Below are positions 1 to 14,290 of a stretch of 64,000 nt of DNA, piece by piece (position 1 is the stretch's first letter; the number at the start of each line of letters is the position of its first letter). Under the pieces are notes generated by a model, which saw nothing but the letters and a program-made list of their open reading frames with translations, searched no databases and had not been told where the DNA came from. Both the position numbers and the translations under genes were made by a program. Source of the DNA: the human T2T-CHM13v2.0 reference genome, Homo sapiens. The stretch lies in assembly GCF_009914755.1 (NCBI RefSeq), contig NC_060932.1; one strand, written 5' to 3'.

Positions 1-1394
1 GAATTACATTGGTTAATTTTCAAATGTTAAACCAACTTTATATATGTGAGATACGCTCTATTTCTTAATGATTTTTTAACCTTTTAATATGTTACTGGAT
101 TCATTTTGTTAAAGATTTCATATGTTTAGGCTGTAGTGTCTTTGTCTAGTTTTGCTATCATGATAAATCTATCCTTATTAAATGAGTAGGGATGGGTTCT
201 TCTTTTACTTAAAGCAGTTTGTGTAGGATTAGTAACATTTACAGGTGAAGCCATCTGGGCCTGTGTTGTTCTTTGTAGTGGCTATAAGTTTATTCAGATG
301 TTTTATTTCTTCTATTCTGAATTTGGGCAATATATGTCTTTAGATAATTTCATTTCATCCAAGTGATTGAATGTATAAAAGAGCATAAAATTGCTCATAA
401 TACCTCTATTAACCTTGTAATATTTGCAAGGTCTGTAGTGATATCTCCTTTTAGATTTCCGATATTACTAATTTATGTCTCTTCTTTTTGCACTACTAGT
501 CTATAATTTATCAATTTTATTGATCTTTTAAAAGAGCCAACTTCTTGTTTCATTAGTGTTCTTTATTTTGTATTCTTCTTTCTTGCTTTCTTTTTTTTGG
601 ATTTATATTGCTCTTCATTTGCTAACTTTCTTGGGTCATTGATTTTAGATCTTTTGTGTTTTCTAATGTAATCATTTAAAACTTTTAATTTTCTGACTCA
701 ATGCTATCACATAAATTTCTCTGTGTATTTTTTCTTTTTATTTAGTTCAAAATATTTTCCAATTTCCCTTCTCTTTACTTTTTAACCCATGTGTTAATGA
801 GAGTAGTATCATTTAATTCCCAAATACTTGGAGATTTTCCAGATTTTTAAAAATTTATTTCTAGTTTAATTTTATTGTGGTCTGAGTACATGTTATGCAT
901 GATTCCAAACTTTGGAAATCCATAGATTTTTTTTAGTTACTTTTATGGTCTAGCAAGTGGTCTATCTTGGTTAACAGTCTAAGTGCACTGAAAAATATGA
1001 TGTTATCTGCCTTATTGGGTGGAGCGTTCTATAAATGTCAACTAAGTCTAGCTGATTAATATTGTTCAAATATTTTATGTATTTCCTCATTTTTTGTCTA
1101 TTTATTCTAACAATGACAGAGAGAGGGGTGTCAAAATCTTCATCTACTCATAAATTTGTCTGTTTTTTTTTTTTCAGTTCTTTCAGTTTTTATTCCATGT
1201 ATATTAATGGTCTTTAATTAGGTGCATATATATTAAGGATTGTTATGTCTTCTTAAGGAATTAACTTTTTACCATTATAAAATGTCCCTCTTTATTATAG
1301 ATAATATTTCTTGTCCTAAGTTCTGCTTTGTATAATAGGAGTATAACCCCTCCAGTTTTCTTGTGATAAACATTTACATGGTATATATTCTTCT
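1..1394 (-). mobile_element. Ancient L1 (L1M-type) fragment, continues at 2008-2071 and 3094-5250
   Basis: T-rich degenerate antisense L1 motifs (ggtgaagccatctgggcctg, gttctataaatgtcaactaagtc, aaatgtccctcttta). Collinear across two later insertions. Confidence 0.8.
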
Positions 1395-1437
1395 GAAGTA
1401 AGGCTCCTCACACTTGAGGAGTGGGTCTGCCCACTCC

Positions 1438-2007
1438 TGCGGGGGTCTGCCCACAGACCCTGACCCAAACGATGGATGAATAAAACGTACACTGACACAC
1501 AGATACTCTGTTTTGCCAGTCCAGCTCAGTGTCCGACAGCCTGCACACCAAGAGAGTCTTGTGACTGCAGCTGGCCCTGAGCAGCTCACACTCCAGGCAT
1601 TAATTTCATATACAATTAACAACAGAAGCTCTGAGTCAACACACTTGTGGATAATTAACATGGTTAAGAGAGTAGGTCTACGAATGATTAAAGCTCAGGT
1701 ACAATGGTCTAAAGTAAATACTATTGGGGGCAATATCCCTAGTCGACCTCCTCCTGAGAGGGCTATCTGGCTCAAAGGTTGGTTAATGGAGGTAGGGTAA
1801 GCAGACTTAACTGGGGAAGCCTCTGTTGTCCCTAGTATTTACCCTATGACCTAATGCTCTAAGGTAAGAACCGGCTGCCTTCAGCCTGTTCAATTATTAC
1901 AAGCTATGTAACCTTTCTGCCTTCCAAAAGGTTTGTGACTATTCCCTATAACTTTCCCTAATATTTCCCTTTAATATTTCTGCCACCATTCTGATTGAAT
2001 CCCAACA
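1438..2007 (-). mobile_element. Solo LTR, LTR22 family (HERV-K22/HML-5)
   Basis: Minus strand begins TGTTGGGATTCAATCAGAATGGTGGCAGAAATATTAAAGGG and ends GGGCAGACCCCCGCA. Flanking direct repeat ttcttct at 1388-1394 and 2008-2014. Confidence 0.8.
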
Positions 2008-2071
2008 TTCTTCTATCATTGTTTTAAATTGAACTGTTTTTTTAAAGTGCATTTCTTGCAGATAGCATATA

Positions 2072-3093
2072 CAGTTGACCCTTGAGCAATGTGGGTTTGA
2101 ACTACATAGGTGCACTAATACATGGAGTTTTTTCAATAAATATATTGGAAAATTTTTTGAAGATTTGTGACAATTTGAAAAAACCGGTGAAACACATAGC
2201 CTAGAAATATTAAAAAAAAATTAAGAAAAAGTTAGGTACCTCATGAGTGACTAAAATAAATGTAGCTATTAGCCTATTTTATCATTTACTACCACAAAGT
2301 ATACACATATCTATAATAAAAATTAAAGTTTATCAAAACTTACACAAACACAGACCATACATGGTGTCATTTGCAGTCAAAAGAAATGTAAACAATTTAA
2401 AGATTCTGTATTAAATCATAACTGTATGAAATTAACTGTAGTTCATACTGTAATAATTTCCTAGCCACCTGCTATTGCTGTTGTGGCGAGCTCAAGTGTT
2501 ACAGATCTCTGCTTAAAATGCCATGTGATGTAGTCAACTCCACCTGAGCAACTTATCTCTCTAGTAAAGAGCATATCACCATGAAAATGGTCTTTCACAG
2601 TTCTTGTGCATTTTTAAAATCATGTTTTGTACAATATCTTAAACCTTTAGTAACATCATGGGACCCATACAAAGTGCCACCAGTGATGCTGGCAGTGCTC
2701 CTAAGAAAAGTCATGACATGACAAGAAGAAGTTGAATTGCTTGGTAGGTACTGTAGATTGAGGTCTGCAGCTGTGGTTGCCGCCAGTGGTTGCCACGAGT
2801 TCAGACAGGATATTCATCTTGTAAACAGACCATAGAGCTCACAGTATCAATACAGTATACTACTCTTCCTTGTGACTTTCTTAATAACATTTTCTTTCCT
2901 TTCCTCTAGCTGACTTTATTTTAAGAAAACGGTATATAACACATATACAAAATATGTGTTAATTGACCATATTATCTATAAGGCTTTGGTCAACAGTAAG
3001 ACAGTAGTAGTTAAGTCTTTGGGGAGTGAAAAGTTATATTTGGATTTTTTACTGTGTAAGGGTTGGTGGCCCTGACCCCACATTGTTCATCTG
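2072..3093. mobile_element. Tigger2-family (TcMar-Tigger) DNA transposon remnant
   Basis: Starts with terminal inverted repeat CAGTTGACCCTTGA. Degenerate right end ...gttcatctg. TA dinucleotide on both sides (2070-2071, 3094-3095). Confidence 0.85.
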
Positions 3094-3720
3094 TAGTTAG
3101 GTTCTGCTTTTTTTTATTCCATCTATAAATCTCTGTCTGCTAATTAGAGTGTTTAGACCACTTTTATTCAATGGAATTATCAATTATCAATTATTCAATG
3201 ACTGGTTCCAAGACCATCTTGCCATTTGTTTCCTATTGATCCCATCTGTTTGGTTCCTTCCTGCCTGACTTCTTGGATTTAGTACTTTTTAATTTTTAGT
3301 ATTTGATCTCTACTATTGGCTTATTAGCTATGACTTGTTACATTTTCCATTGTTTATTCTAGGGTTTACAATATACCTCTTCAAATTATTATCATCTACC
3401 TTCAAATGATATTATATCAGTTTCTGTATACTGTAAGCAACTTAGAAAAATAGTTCCTTTCCCTCTTCTCACTCTTTGTGCTATTGTTGCTATACATGTT
3501 GCTTCAACACATGTTAGAAACCCTTCAATACACTGTTGTTAATTTTTTCTTAAAGTCAGTAAGTTTTTTTAATTTAAAGGAAAATATTCTTTTGTGTCTA
3601 CCCATTTTTCAGCTATTTTAAACACTCTTCATTCCTTTGTGTAGATTCAAGTTTTCATTTGGTATAGCCTTTCTTGAGTCCAAAAAGTTCAGGACATCTC
3701 TTACAGGCAGGTCTTCTGGT

Positions 3721-3746
3721 AAAAAAAAAAAAAAAAAAAAAAAAAA
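3721..3746 (+). repeat. Poly(A)26 tract
   Basis: 26 uninterrupted A inside the L1M remnant. Confidence 0.95.
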
Positions 3747-4530
3747 GAAGTCTCTCACCTTTTGTTTATCCAAACAGTGTTTTTATTTCACTATCATTTT
3801 ATAGGATATTTTCACTGAATATAGAATTCTAAGCTGCAATTATTTTACTTTCAGTTATTTAAAGCTGGTTTCATAGTTTCCTGGCTACAATGTTTCTGAT
3901 ACGAAGTTCTGAGTTTATTCTTATATTTGTTCCTCTGTATATAATGTCTGATATTATCTGTCTGCTTTTAAGGTTTCTTTATTTTTCCTTTTCAGCAATT
4001 TGATGATTATGATGCACCATGGGTTCATTTTCTTCGTGTTTTTCATGCTCGATCTTCTTGGATATGTGGATTTCTGGTTCCCAACAAACTTGAAAAATGT
4101 TATGACTATTTTGTCTTCTTTTTTTTTCTGTTACTCCCCCTTCTTTCGAGGTTCTAATTGCACACATATTAGAACATTTGCTGTTATCCTAAAGTTGAAT
4201 AAGGCTCTATTCTTTTTTTATTTTTCCTGGTCTTTTCTTTTTTCTATTTTTGGGCAGTTTCTATTGTCTATAATCAAGTTAATTGATTTTCTTCTGCAGT
4301 GTCTTTTTCTGTGAACTTTATGTTGAACATTGACTTTTTCATATCTAAGCATTCCATTTATTTGTTTATCTTCCATTTCTCCTCATTGTATTGATTTATT
4401 TAAATTCTTAAGCATATTCTTAATAACTATTTAAAGTTCTTGTCTGATCATTCCATTATTTCTGTCATTTTCAGGTCTCGATTCATTTCTCTTCTGGTCA
4501 TATTTTCCTTCTTCTTCACATGCCTAATAC

Positions 4531-4570
4531 TACATGTACTAGGGTTACATTACATGTACTAGTGTTACAT
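4531..4570. repeat. 20-bp tandem duplication
   Basis: tacatgtactagggttacat followed by tacatgtactagtgttacat (1 mismatch). Confidence 0.9.
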
Positions 4571-5330
4571 TATTGAGTGTTTGAATTCAGGTATTTGTTA
4601 TTTTAACAGTATTGACTTTGTTTGAAGTGGCAGATAACTTTTGGATCAACTTAATCCTTTGGAAGCTTGTTTTGAAGATTTGCAGCGGTAGTCTGGTAGA
4701 GTCTTTAATCTAGAACTATTTGAGCTCCACTACAAAACCTAACCCTTTCAGAGCTCTGTTGAATGCCTTGGATATTTAACTATGTCTCTTCATTCTGGAT
4801 GGCTGTAGTTTTAAGGTCTATCAGCCCTTAGTGAGCTCTGTTTTTGTCTAACTTTGTGGACTTTGTCTATGTATGCACAGCCTAGAATTCAACAACAGAA
4901 TCAAGAGATGCCAGGAAGATTTCTTTGTTTCTGTGTACTCCCTCTGTTCTGCAAATTTTAATGCCCTCAGAAGCCTGGGACTCTAATCTCTGTCTTCTCA
5001 ATACACTTAAAACTCCATGCCCTCCCCAAATTCTCCCTTCCTGCACTACTTTCTAGAAAGCGTCCCAAGGCAGAAAGCCAAGTAATAAATGACTCACTTC
5101 ATTTCATTTCCTCAGGGATCATAGTCTTGGGCTGCGTGTTGTCCAATGTCTGAACACTGTTGTTTCATGTATTTTGTCAAATTTTCAAATTGTTTATGAA
5201 GAGGGGGCAAGCCCAATACCATTTATTCTGCCATAGTTGAAGTTTAGTCTCTACTTTGCTACAATTTTGACTTTTGTTTTTCCAAGACAGACCTGCGAGG
5301 AGGCAGCCCTGACATAATTTGCCAGTGGAC

Positions 5331-6459
<1,129 letters not shown>

Positions 6460-6625
6460 GGATGATCACATTGATTCACTTTACTAAGGGAATGAGAAAG
6501 AGTAGCAAGAGAAGCCCAGCAAAGGCCTTGGAGAAGCCACAAGAGGCAACACAATGAGCACAAACTGGGGTGAGAACAATTCTAAAAGTTGTGATCAGAA
6601 GGGAACCGAGATAAAGCATATAGCC

Positions 6626-7151
6626 TGTTGGACATAAAATACTTCAGGAATAAATGCTCAGTGCCACAAAGTAAAGCCAGCACTCAGGCAAAAGTTTAAT
6701 TCTCTCAGCAAGGCAATTTACTTCTGCAGAAGGGTGCCACTTGCATCAATCAAGATCACAAGAGCACAGGGAACAAAGGAGACTAGGGGGCTTTTATATT
6801 CTTAACGCAATCCCTACCTCTGTGTCCCTCCCGCATGGGCTGGGGTCAGACCGCACAATCTGAGCTGACCTGATTGGCTACTTGTACATATTTTTCTAAA
6901 TATAGAAGGGGAGGGGGACGTGAGGTACAGAGGTGGAGCAGGTGAGACGTGCAGTTTCAGGGGCACAATGGGTGCAGGTAACCAAGGGAACAGATGTGCG
7001 TTATTGATTAGAGCTGACGGGAAAGGGGTAGGCTCTTCTACGGTAACTGGGGCAAGGAGGAACAGGAAAGTTGAGTTTGAGAACAAAAGACAAGGAAGTT
7101 AGCAGGACAAATTTTTGGAGAGAAACTTGGAGAAATTCATTGTATCTTACA
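6626..7151 (-). mobile_element. Solo ERV1 LTR, LTR10 (HERV-I)-like
   Basis: TG...CA termini, perfect 5-bp TSD tagcc (6621-6625, 7152-7156), motif aattctctcagcaaggcaatttacttctgcagaagggtgc. Confidence 0.8.
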
Positions 7152-7534
7152 TAGCCAAAAGTGATCAGTTTATCAAAAAAAACTACAGCTTAGTAAAGTT
7201 CTTATTTGCTCATTGATACACAAATAATTAATATCAGAGAAGTATTCTAAGTCTTTGTCCAAAATTCTGTCTATAATAGAAACTGACAAGATCTTCAACA
7301 GCCCATAATCCTTAACAAGAAATCAAACTTATTCCATCCTAGGAAATGTTCTGGGGAAACTCTTGTCCACAAAGACTGTCTTAGTTCTGTAGCAATCCAT
7401 GCTTTTAAACGGCAGGAAGACCCACCCAAGCCTCATTCCCAGTAATAGCTTGGTAGTCTACTAGACTTCCTCTTGAGTCTATGCTTGGAAGATATCACCT
7501 CTACTTTTTTTTTTTTTTTTAAATAAAGAAGTCT

Positions 7535-7853
<319 letters not shown>

Positions 7854-8479
7854 CTAACGGATAACCAAAAGAGTGACCTGTGTCCTTCTGACCCTCATAT
7901 AGACCATACCCTTCAGAAGGTCCTTAAATTCAACCCATTTGTCTACGACAATGGCAAGTAATTGAGAATCAGGAGTGGGCTAGCTTTTGGGGTCTCACCT
8001 TTAAATCTCTGAATTGACAGACTGAGTTTTGCAGAACGCTGCAAAGAGTAGGTCCAGTAGTTTTGATAGGCCTAATATGAAGTCTTCTTAAGAAGAATTC
8101 AGGTTTTTACTGGTCAGTGAATGTTTGGGTAAGTTGACAGCAAGGTGATATAATTCTAAAATTCAAAGGCAAAAATTAGGAGTTGGTGATCCTAAGTGCA
8201 CTTTGTACCTTCAGTGTTGGGACTCAGAATTATTCATTTACTTGTCTACCTCCCCATCTCTTTATCAAAAGTGGGAGGCTGCTAGAGATCAGGGTTGGGA
8301 TGTGCAAGGGTCCTGGTGTCAGCTGATGGGCTGCAGCTGGAAAAATCAAGTGGCACTGGGGCGGTTTGATTTGGTTCTGAAAAGAGGGAAAAATAACTTC
8401 TAAAAATAGATAAAGGAAAAAGTGAAGAAAGGCAGGATTTGTTTTCTTTTATGGTAGTGAATAAATTCTTGACTCTTCC

Positions 8480-9145
8480 TTCTTACCCTCAATCTCAGCA
8501 TGCAATCAATTTATGATTCCTTTCACCCAAAATCTGTTATCTACTCTCAGTTCAACTTACAATCTTCTAATGCATGCCTGCTTATCTCTTGCCTGGACAT
8601 TCGTGATAGTCTTATCTCTTGACCCTTATTCTTTTCCTTCTGCGGTTCATCCTCAATACTGCTGCTGTAAGTTAACTTGTCAAATCAATGCTCAGAAACC
8701 CTAAGTGGATTCCCATTACAAGTAAGATAATATCCAAACTTAACTTCATTCTAAGTCCTTAAAAATCTTCTCTCTCATCAATGCCTCCAGCTCAACAATG
8801 TGCCCCATGCTCCAGACTTAAATACCATTATCCCAATGTGCCATTCATGTTCCTTTTCTCTGGTTTTTGTTCCTAATATTGCCACTATCCATAAAGCCCT
8901 TTCATCTTTAGTTTCACAAGGTTCTATTTATTTTCAAGGTTCTTTTGGCCCATACTTCCTCAGTGAAGCCTGCTCACAACTTCCCAAGCAAGAACACCGT
9001 TTTTCTGAAATCATATAACTTTTTAACAACCACTAGAACACTTGCTACTGATTTAGTGTTCAGTGGGTCTGCCTACCTTCTACGTATCTTTATTTCTCTA
9101 CCATGTAGCACACAGGAAGTGATCAATAATGTCTATTTAAATAAA
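8480..9145 (+). mobile_element. L2 3' remnant
   Basis: Degenerate L2 motifs (cttctaatgcatgcctgcttatctcttgcctggac; tagcacacaggaagtgatcaataatgtc). Confidence 0.6.
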
Positions 9146-9833
9146 TCAAATTGCATAAGACTTCATGATTAAGGCACATAGTAATCTAAAATAGGTATGA
9201 TTGATGCCTAGAATCCGTACAGATATATCACATTACAGGATACTTATGGAAGTACTTTGGCGATGTAGCTAATCAGCAGATTATGCAGGTAATGTGAGGG
9301 TGAGGGTGAATGGAGTTGATTCTTTTCATTAACTAGAATTATTGTAAAATGTAGTACTGGAAATGACTTGAAAAATCATCTAATCTCAGTATGATTTCAA
9401 CTCTTATGCTTATACTAATTGTTTGGTGGAGGCTGCCTGGGATACTACATTAGGAATTCTGTGGCCATGCACAAAGGATGAAAATGCTCTGACATGTAAG
9501 TAATGTTTAACATGTGTATTTGTGAAAAGAGAGTGGAGGGGGTAAGTACTAGTGTGTAAATCTAATAGTTGCCAGCTCCTGTTGACTAGTCTATATGTTT
9601 CTTCAGGTCCACAATTTAAACAACTTAGAAATATCCATTTCTATCACATTTTTAAGACCTCCATATAAAAACAAAACAAATCCTGCTATATGATTTGCTG
9701 TAGTATATAATTTTTAATATACAAGGATTTGTGTCCTCTCTAATCCATAACTCTATGCTGTGGGTTAACAAAGCCTCCTCTAACTCTGCCTTTAGGGAAC
9801 ATGGAAGCCTGTGTTATCATTCATGTAGGAGCT

Positions 9834-10260
9834 AACTATGGTTTGGATATTTGTTCCCTACAAACTTCATATTAAAATTTGATCCCCAGTGTTGGAGATG
9901 GGACTTAGTGGGAGGTGTTTATATCATGGGGGTGGATCCCTCATGAATGGCTTGGTGCCATTATCTCAGGAATAAGTGAGTTTTTGCTCTATTAATTCCC
10001 ACAAGAACTGGTTGGTAAAGCCTGGCACCTCCCTCCCCTTTCTCTTGCTTCTTCTCTTGCCATGTGATCTCTGCATGCTAGCTCCTCTTCACTCTCTGCC
10101 ATTAGTGTTCCACTGAGAATAGCCTGAGCCCTCACCAGAAGCAGATGCTAGTGCCATGCTTTCTGTATAGCCTGCAGAACTGTGAGCTAAATAAGCCTCT
10201 TTTCTTTATAACTACTCAGCCTTAGGTCTTCCTTTATAGCAACACAAATGGACTAAGACA
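9834..10260 (+). mobile_element. MaLR solo LTR (MSTB-like)
   Basis: ctatggtttggatatttg ... agcaacacaaatggactaagaca. 5-bp TSD gagct (9829-9833, 10261-10265). Confidence 0.88.
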
Positions 10261-10340
10261 GAGCTCCTACAAACCTGAAGGTCACTGTTATTTTTCCCCA
10301 CTATTTCTGTTTTTATCCATCCATTACCCCATTACCCGTC

Positions 10341-10903
10341 TGTATTAGTCAGGGTTCTCCAGAGAGACAGAACCAGTAGAATATATGAAAAAAGATTTAT
10401 TAGGGAAAAATTGGCTCACACAATCAGAGAGGCAGAGAAGTTCTATGATAGGCTGGTTTGTAAGCTGGAGAAACAGAAAAGCCATTAGCATGGCTCAGTT
10501 CAAGTCTGAAGCCTCAGAACCACGGAATCTGATAGTGCAGCCTCCAGTCTGAGACCAGACCCCCAAGAGCCTTCAGGGGGCTGTGTGTGCAAGTCTCAGA
10601 ATCCAAAAGCTGAAAAATCTGGAGTCTTATGTCCAAAGGCAGGAAAAGAAGCACACCTCTCCAGAAAGCAGAGAGAGAGAGCAGAGAGAGAGAGCAATCC
10701 TCCTTCTTCTGCCCATTTGTCCTAACCTCCAACAAATAGGATGGTGCCTGCCTGCACTGAGGACTGGCCTTCTCCTAGTCCATTGACTCACACATCAATC
10801 TCTTCTGGAAACACTGTCACAGACACACCCAAAAACAATGTTTTACCAGCCAACTAGGCATCCCTCTGTTCAGTCAAGCTGACCCCTAAAATTAACCATC
10901 ACA
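10341..10903 (-). mobile_element. ERVL solo LTR (MLT2-type)
   Basis: tgtattagtcagggttctccagagagacagaacc ... aaattaaccatcaca. TSD ccgtc/ccatc. Confidence 0.88.
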
Positions 10904-10962
10904 CCATCCATCTATCCATCCATCCAGTCTGTATTTTACTAAATGAGATGATAAAAATAACA

Positions 10963-11443
10963 CAGTTGACCCTTGAATAACTCAGGGGTTGGTGTACTGA
11001 CCCCTGCACAGTAAAAAAAATCCATGTATAACTTTTGAGTCCCTCAAAACTTAACCACAAATAGCTTATTATTGACCAGAAGCCTTAGGAATAAGAAACA
11101 GTCCATTAACACAAATTTTGTACATGTATTATACACTGTAGGCTTACAATAAAATAAGCTGGAGAAAAGAAAATGTTGTTAAGAAAATCATAAGGAAGAG
11201 AAAATATATTTACTATTCATTAAGTGGAAATGGATCATCATAAATATCTTCATCCTCATTGTCTTCACACTGAGTAGGCTGAGGAGGAGGAAAAGGAAGG
11301 GTTGGTCTTGCTGTCTCAGAGTAGCAGAGGTGGAACACACGGAAGAGGTAGAAGGCAAGGCAGAAGAGAAAGGCACACTTGGTATAAATTCTATTGAAAA
11401 AAAATCACATATAAGTAGACCCATGCAGTTCAAGGATCACCTG
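10963..11443. mobile_element. Tigger2a/MER28-like non-autonomous DNA transposon
   Basis: Inverted termini cagttgacccttgaa ... ttcaaggatcacctg followed by TA. Confidence 0.85.
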
Positions 11444-11849
11444 TATTGGAAAGGCACTGTGCAAAGGCTAAGAGGTGCTAGTGAGGACCTGCTAAGCATT
11501 GATTGGAAGGGGAATATTACTATCTTGGATCTACCAGTTGGCTCAGTGCTGCCTTACAACTCACAATCATCTCTGTGTCACTGACCTTCAGTTCCTGGTG
11601 CAAGCCAGGTTATATAACATTCTAGTCCACAGCTAACCGGTCTTAGTTTCTTGATTAACACCGTTTGCACCAGCACCACACTGAGATTTTGAAATTCACT
11701 TTCTGCTGCTCCAATTTGTATCACTGCCACTTCTGCTTTGTTATTAGAAGGCCTTATCAATATACTGTTAATATGAAGCCATTTTATAGAAACAATAGAC
11801 TTTCTACTGCTCTATTTAGCATGCAGAGGTGCTCCAACCTCCCATCCTT

Positions 11850-12850
11850 AAATAAAATAAAACCCTTCTAGCCACTTTAATCTCCTTCCATCCCCTCACA
11901 GCAAAGCTCCAAAGAGAGGACTCCAAGTTCACTGTGTCTGCATCCTCACCTCCCGAATCAGGACCATCCACCACTCTCCAAGGTCCCCAAGTACCTTCTT
12001 TTTGCTGAACCCAAAGAATGTTCTTCAGACTTTATCTTTGTAACTGAAATGTTAACTTGAGTTACTTTCACCCTGGAGATTTAGATCAGATCTAAACTAC
12101 ATGCCGCCACCTAGGACATGTGGGAGCATAAGGCACTCTCCAATCTTCCCATGGTTACCCCAAACTTGGGTCCACAGCTCCACTCTATCAGTTCTGCAGT
12201 GGATTATTTTACAGCCCATGCATGTTGTCCTACCCCACAACAATCCATACTTGCCATTTAATCCTTTTCCATTATTTATACAAACTACACTCAGAAAGGT
12301 CTGTGTGTGGGCAGCAGAATTTACTATAGTTTGGTAGATACAGAGGAGATGAATTATGCTGTGGCAAACTCAACAACTTCAAATATGACATTAGTCATCC
12401 CACTTTTCAGCAGCTCTTCAGCCTCCCCCTCACTCCTTCATCCCACTTGGTGTTTAGCATCAAGACATATCACTGGCTCCTCTTTCTTCCTTCTCCTCTG
12501 ATCCCTCCCTTTTACCTCATTCCTAAGTTTGTCCTTGTCCCCTCTCCACACTTAGGATCCCAAATTCTTCTCATTCTATTAGGCAAAGTCATTCAGTTCT
12601 CTCCAAGTTCTACTCCCAAACATTAATCTAGGCCCACTTAATTAAGCCTCACAAGTCTAGCCTGGCAGAACCACAAAGATTTCTGTTTGGCAAATTCAAG
12701 TCCTCCTTCTAAGGCAATTGGGGTTTTACACATATTTTTTCCTCCATTACATCTTATAACTTCTCCATGGCATTTGACATTTTGATAATTCTTTCTCTGA
12801 AATGTTTTCCTCCTCTGACACCTTTCTCTCTTGATTTCAATCTCAGTTCT
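11850..12850 (+). mobile_element. L2 remnants
   Basis: Pyrimidine-rich degenerate L2 motifs (cccctcacagcaaagctcc; ggcatttgacattttgataattctttctctgaaa). Boundaries approximate. Confidence 0.5.
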
Positions 12851-13749
12851 CTATTTTTCTATTTGGAAGGCTTTTATTGCTTTGCATATTTTTTAAAAGT
12901 TGATTCTAACCTTGCCCCATGTATTTTACTCTAGAGTAGCTCCAGCTCTGTTCAATAGAAATATAATGCAAGGAGCATATATAATTTTAAAAGTTCTAGT
13001 AGCCATATTGTGAAAAGTGAACATTGAAAGGTAAAATTAACTTTATAACATATACTGTCTAACCCAATATAGCTAAAGTATTTTTTATCATGTAATCAAA
13101 ATGAAAATTATTAATAACTGTATTTTATGTTTTTTAAACAAAATCTTCAAAATACAGTGTGTATTTTATACTTACAATATGTCTCAATTTAGTATCTGCT
13201 AAATTTTCATCAAAATATTTTATTGGTGCTTGGATTCATAAACTTTGGACTTGAAAAAATAGATATACATACCCAAATTGTTTGAAATGTAAGCTTTCCA
13301 ATAATTGAACGCACACCAAAAATCACTATCTTTTCATATTTACATCCATATTGACAAAACCAGTTCATCATTTTTCAAAGAATGGATTTGACATTGAAGC
13401 AAAAGCATAGCTGTCCAAGCTTAGTAAATTTGCTAATTCTTATGTCAACTCGGTGTTATTAACATGAAATTCAAAGGTATATTGCAGACATTGAAAAGCA
13501 GCTCTATATATACTATTATAAACAAAGCGTTCCTTAAATTATTCTTGTGGTTCTTATAGCCAATATACACAATTCTGTCAATTACAATTAAAAGCTTGTA
13601 CATATTGATTCATATTGTAAAAACATGTAAAATTGTTTTTTTGGTTTGTATTGTAGAAAGTTTCAATTTCAACATAAATGATCATACCTGTCTTAGCTAA
13701 GTCATAAATAAGCTTTTCTTTTCCTTGGCACTTAAAATTTTGTTCATTT

Positions 13750-14058
13750 GTACTATCTCCTTTTTCATCTCTGATTTTATTTATTTTGGATCATCTCTCT
13801 TTTTTACTTAGTCTGGCTAAAGCTTTCTCCATTTTGTTTAAGTTTTCAAAAACCAACATTTTATTTCATCGATCTTTTGTATTGTTTTCATTTCAATTTT
13901 ATTTCTTCTCTTGTGTTTATTATTCCTTTTCTTCTACTAATTTTGGGTTTGGTTTGCTCTTGCTTTTCTAGTTCTTTAAGATGCATCATTAGGTTATTTC
14001 TTTGAAGTTTTTCTTCTTTTTTGATGTAAGCGCTTATAAACTTCCCTCTTAGTACTGA
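13750..14058 (-). mobile_element. L1 ORF2 fragment nested in Charlie1
   Basis: ttttcatctctgattttatttatt...ttagtctggctaaag...cttccctcttagtactg is typical antisense primate L1. Confidence 0.8.
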
Positions 14059-14290
14059 CTATTGACACTGCAGCAAGCATTCCTTTCATGGTTACTGGGT
14101 ACTGGTTATTGGTTAGTGCATCTGAGGAGATAAATTTTTAATTTAATTTTATTTTATTTTAATTAGTTTACATTTAAATTTTAAAACCAAGGCTATGTAA
14201 AATATTTTTCTGTTAAATATAACTTTATTGTTTCAGTAAACTAAGTTTTACAAGCACTGCAACATGTAAGACACCATCTTTATTCTGTTC

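Larger units (their letters stand above)
3094..5250 (-). mobile_element. Ancient L1M fragment (continuation)
   Basis: Resumes the host L1 after the Tigger TA site (tagttaggttctgctttttttattcc). Degenerate antisense L1 motifs. End boundary approximate. Confidence 0.7.
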
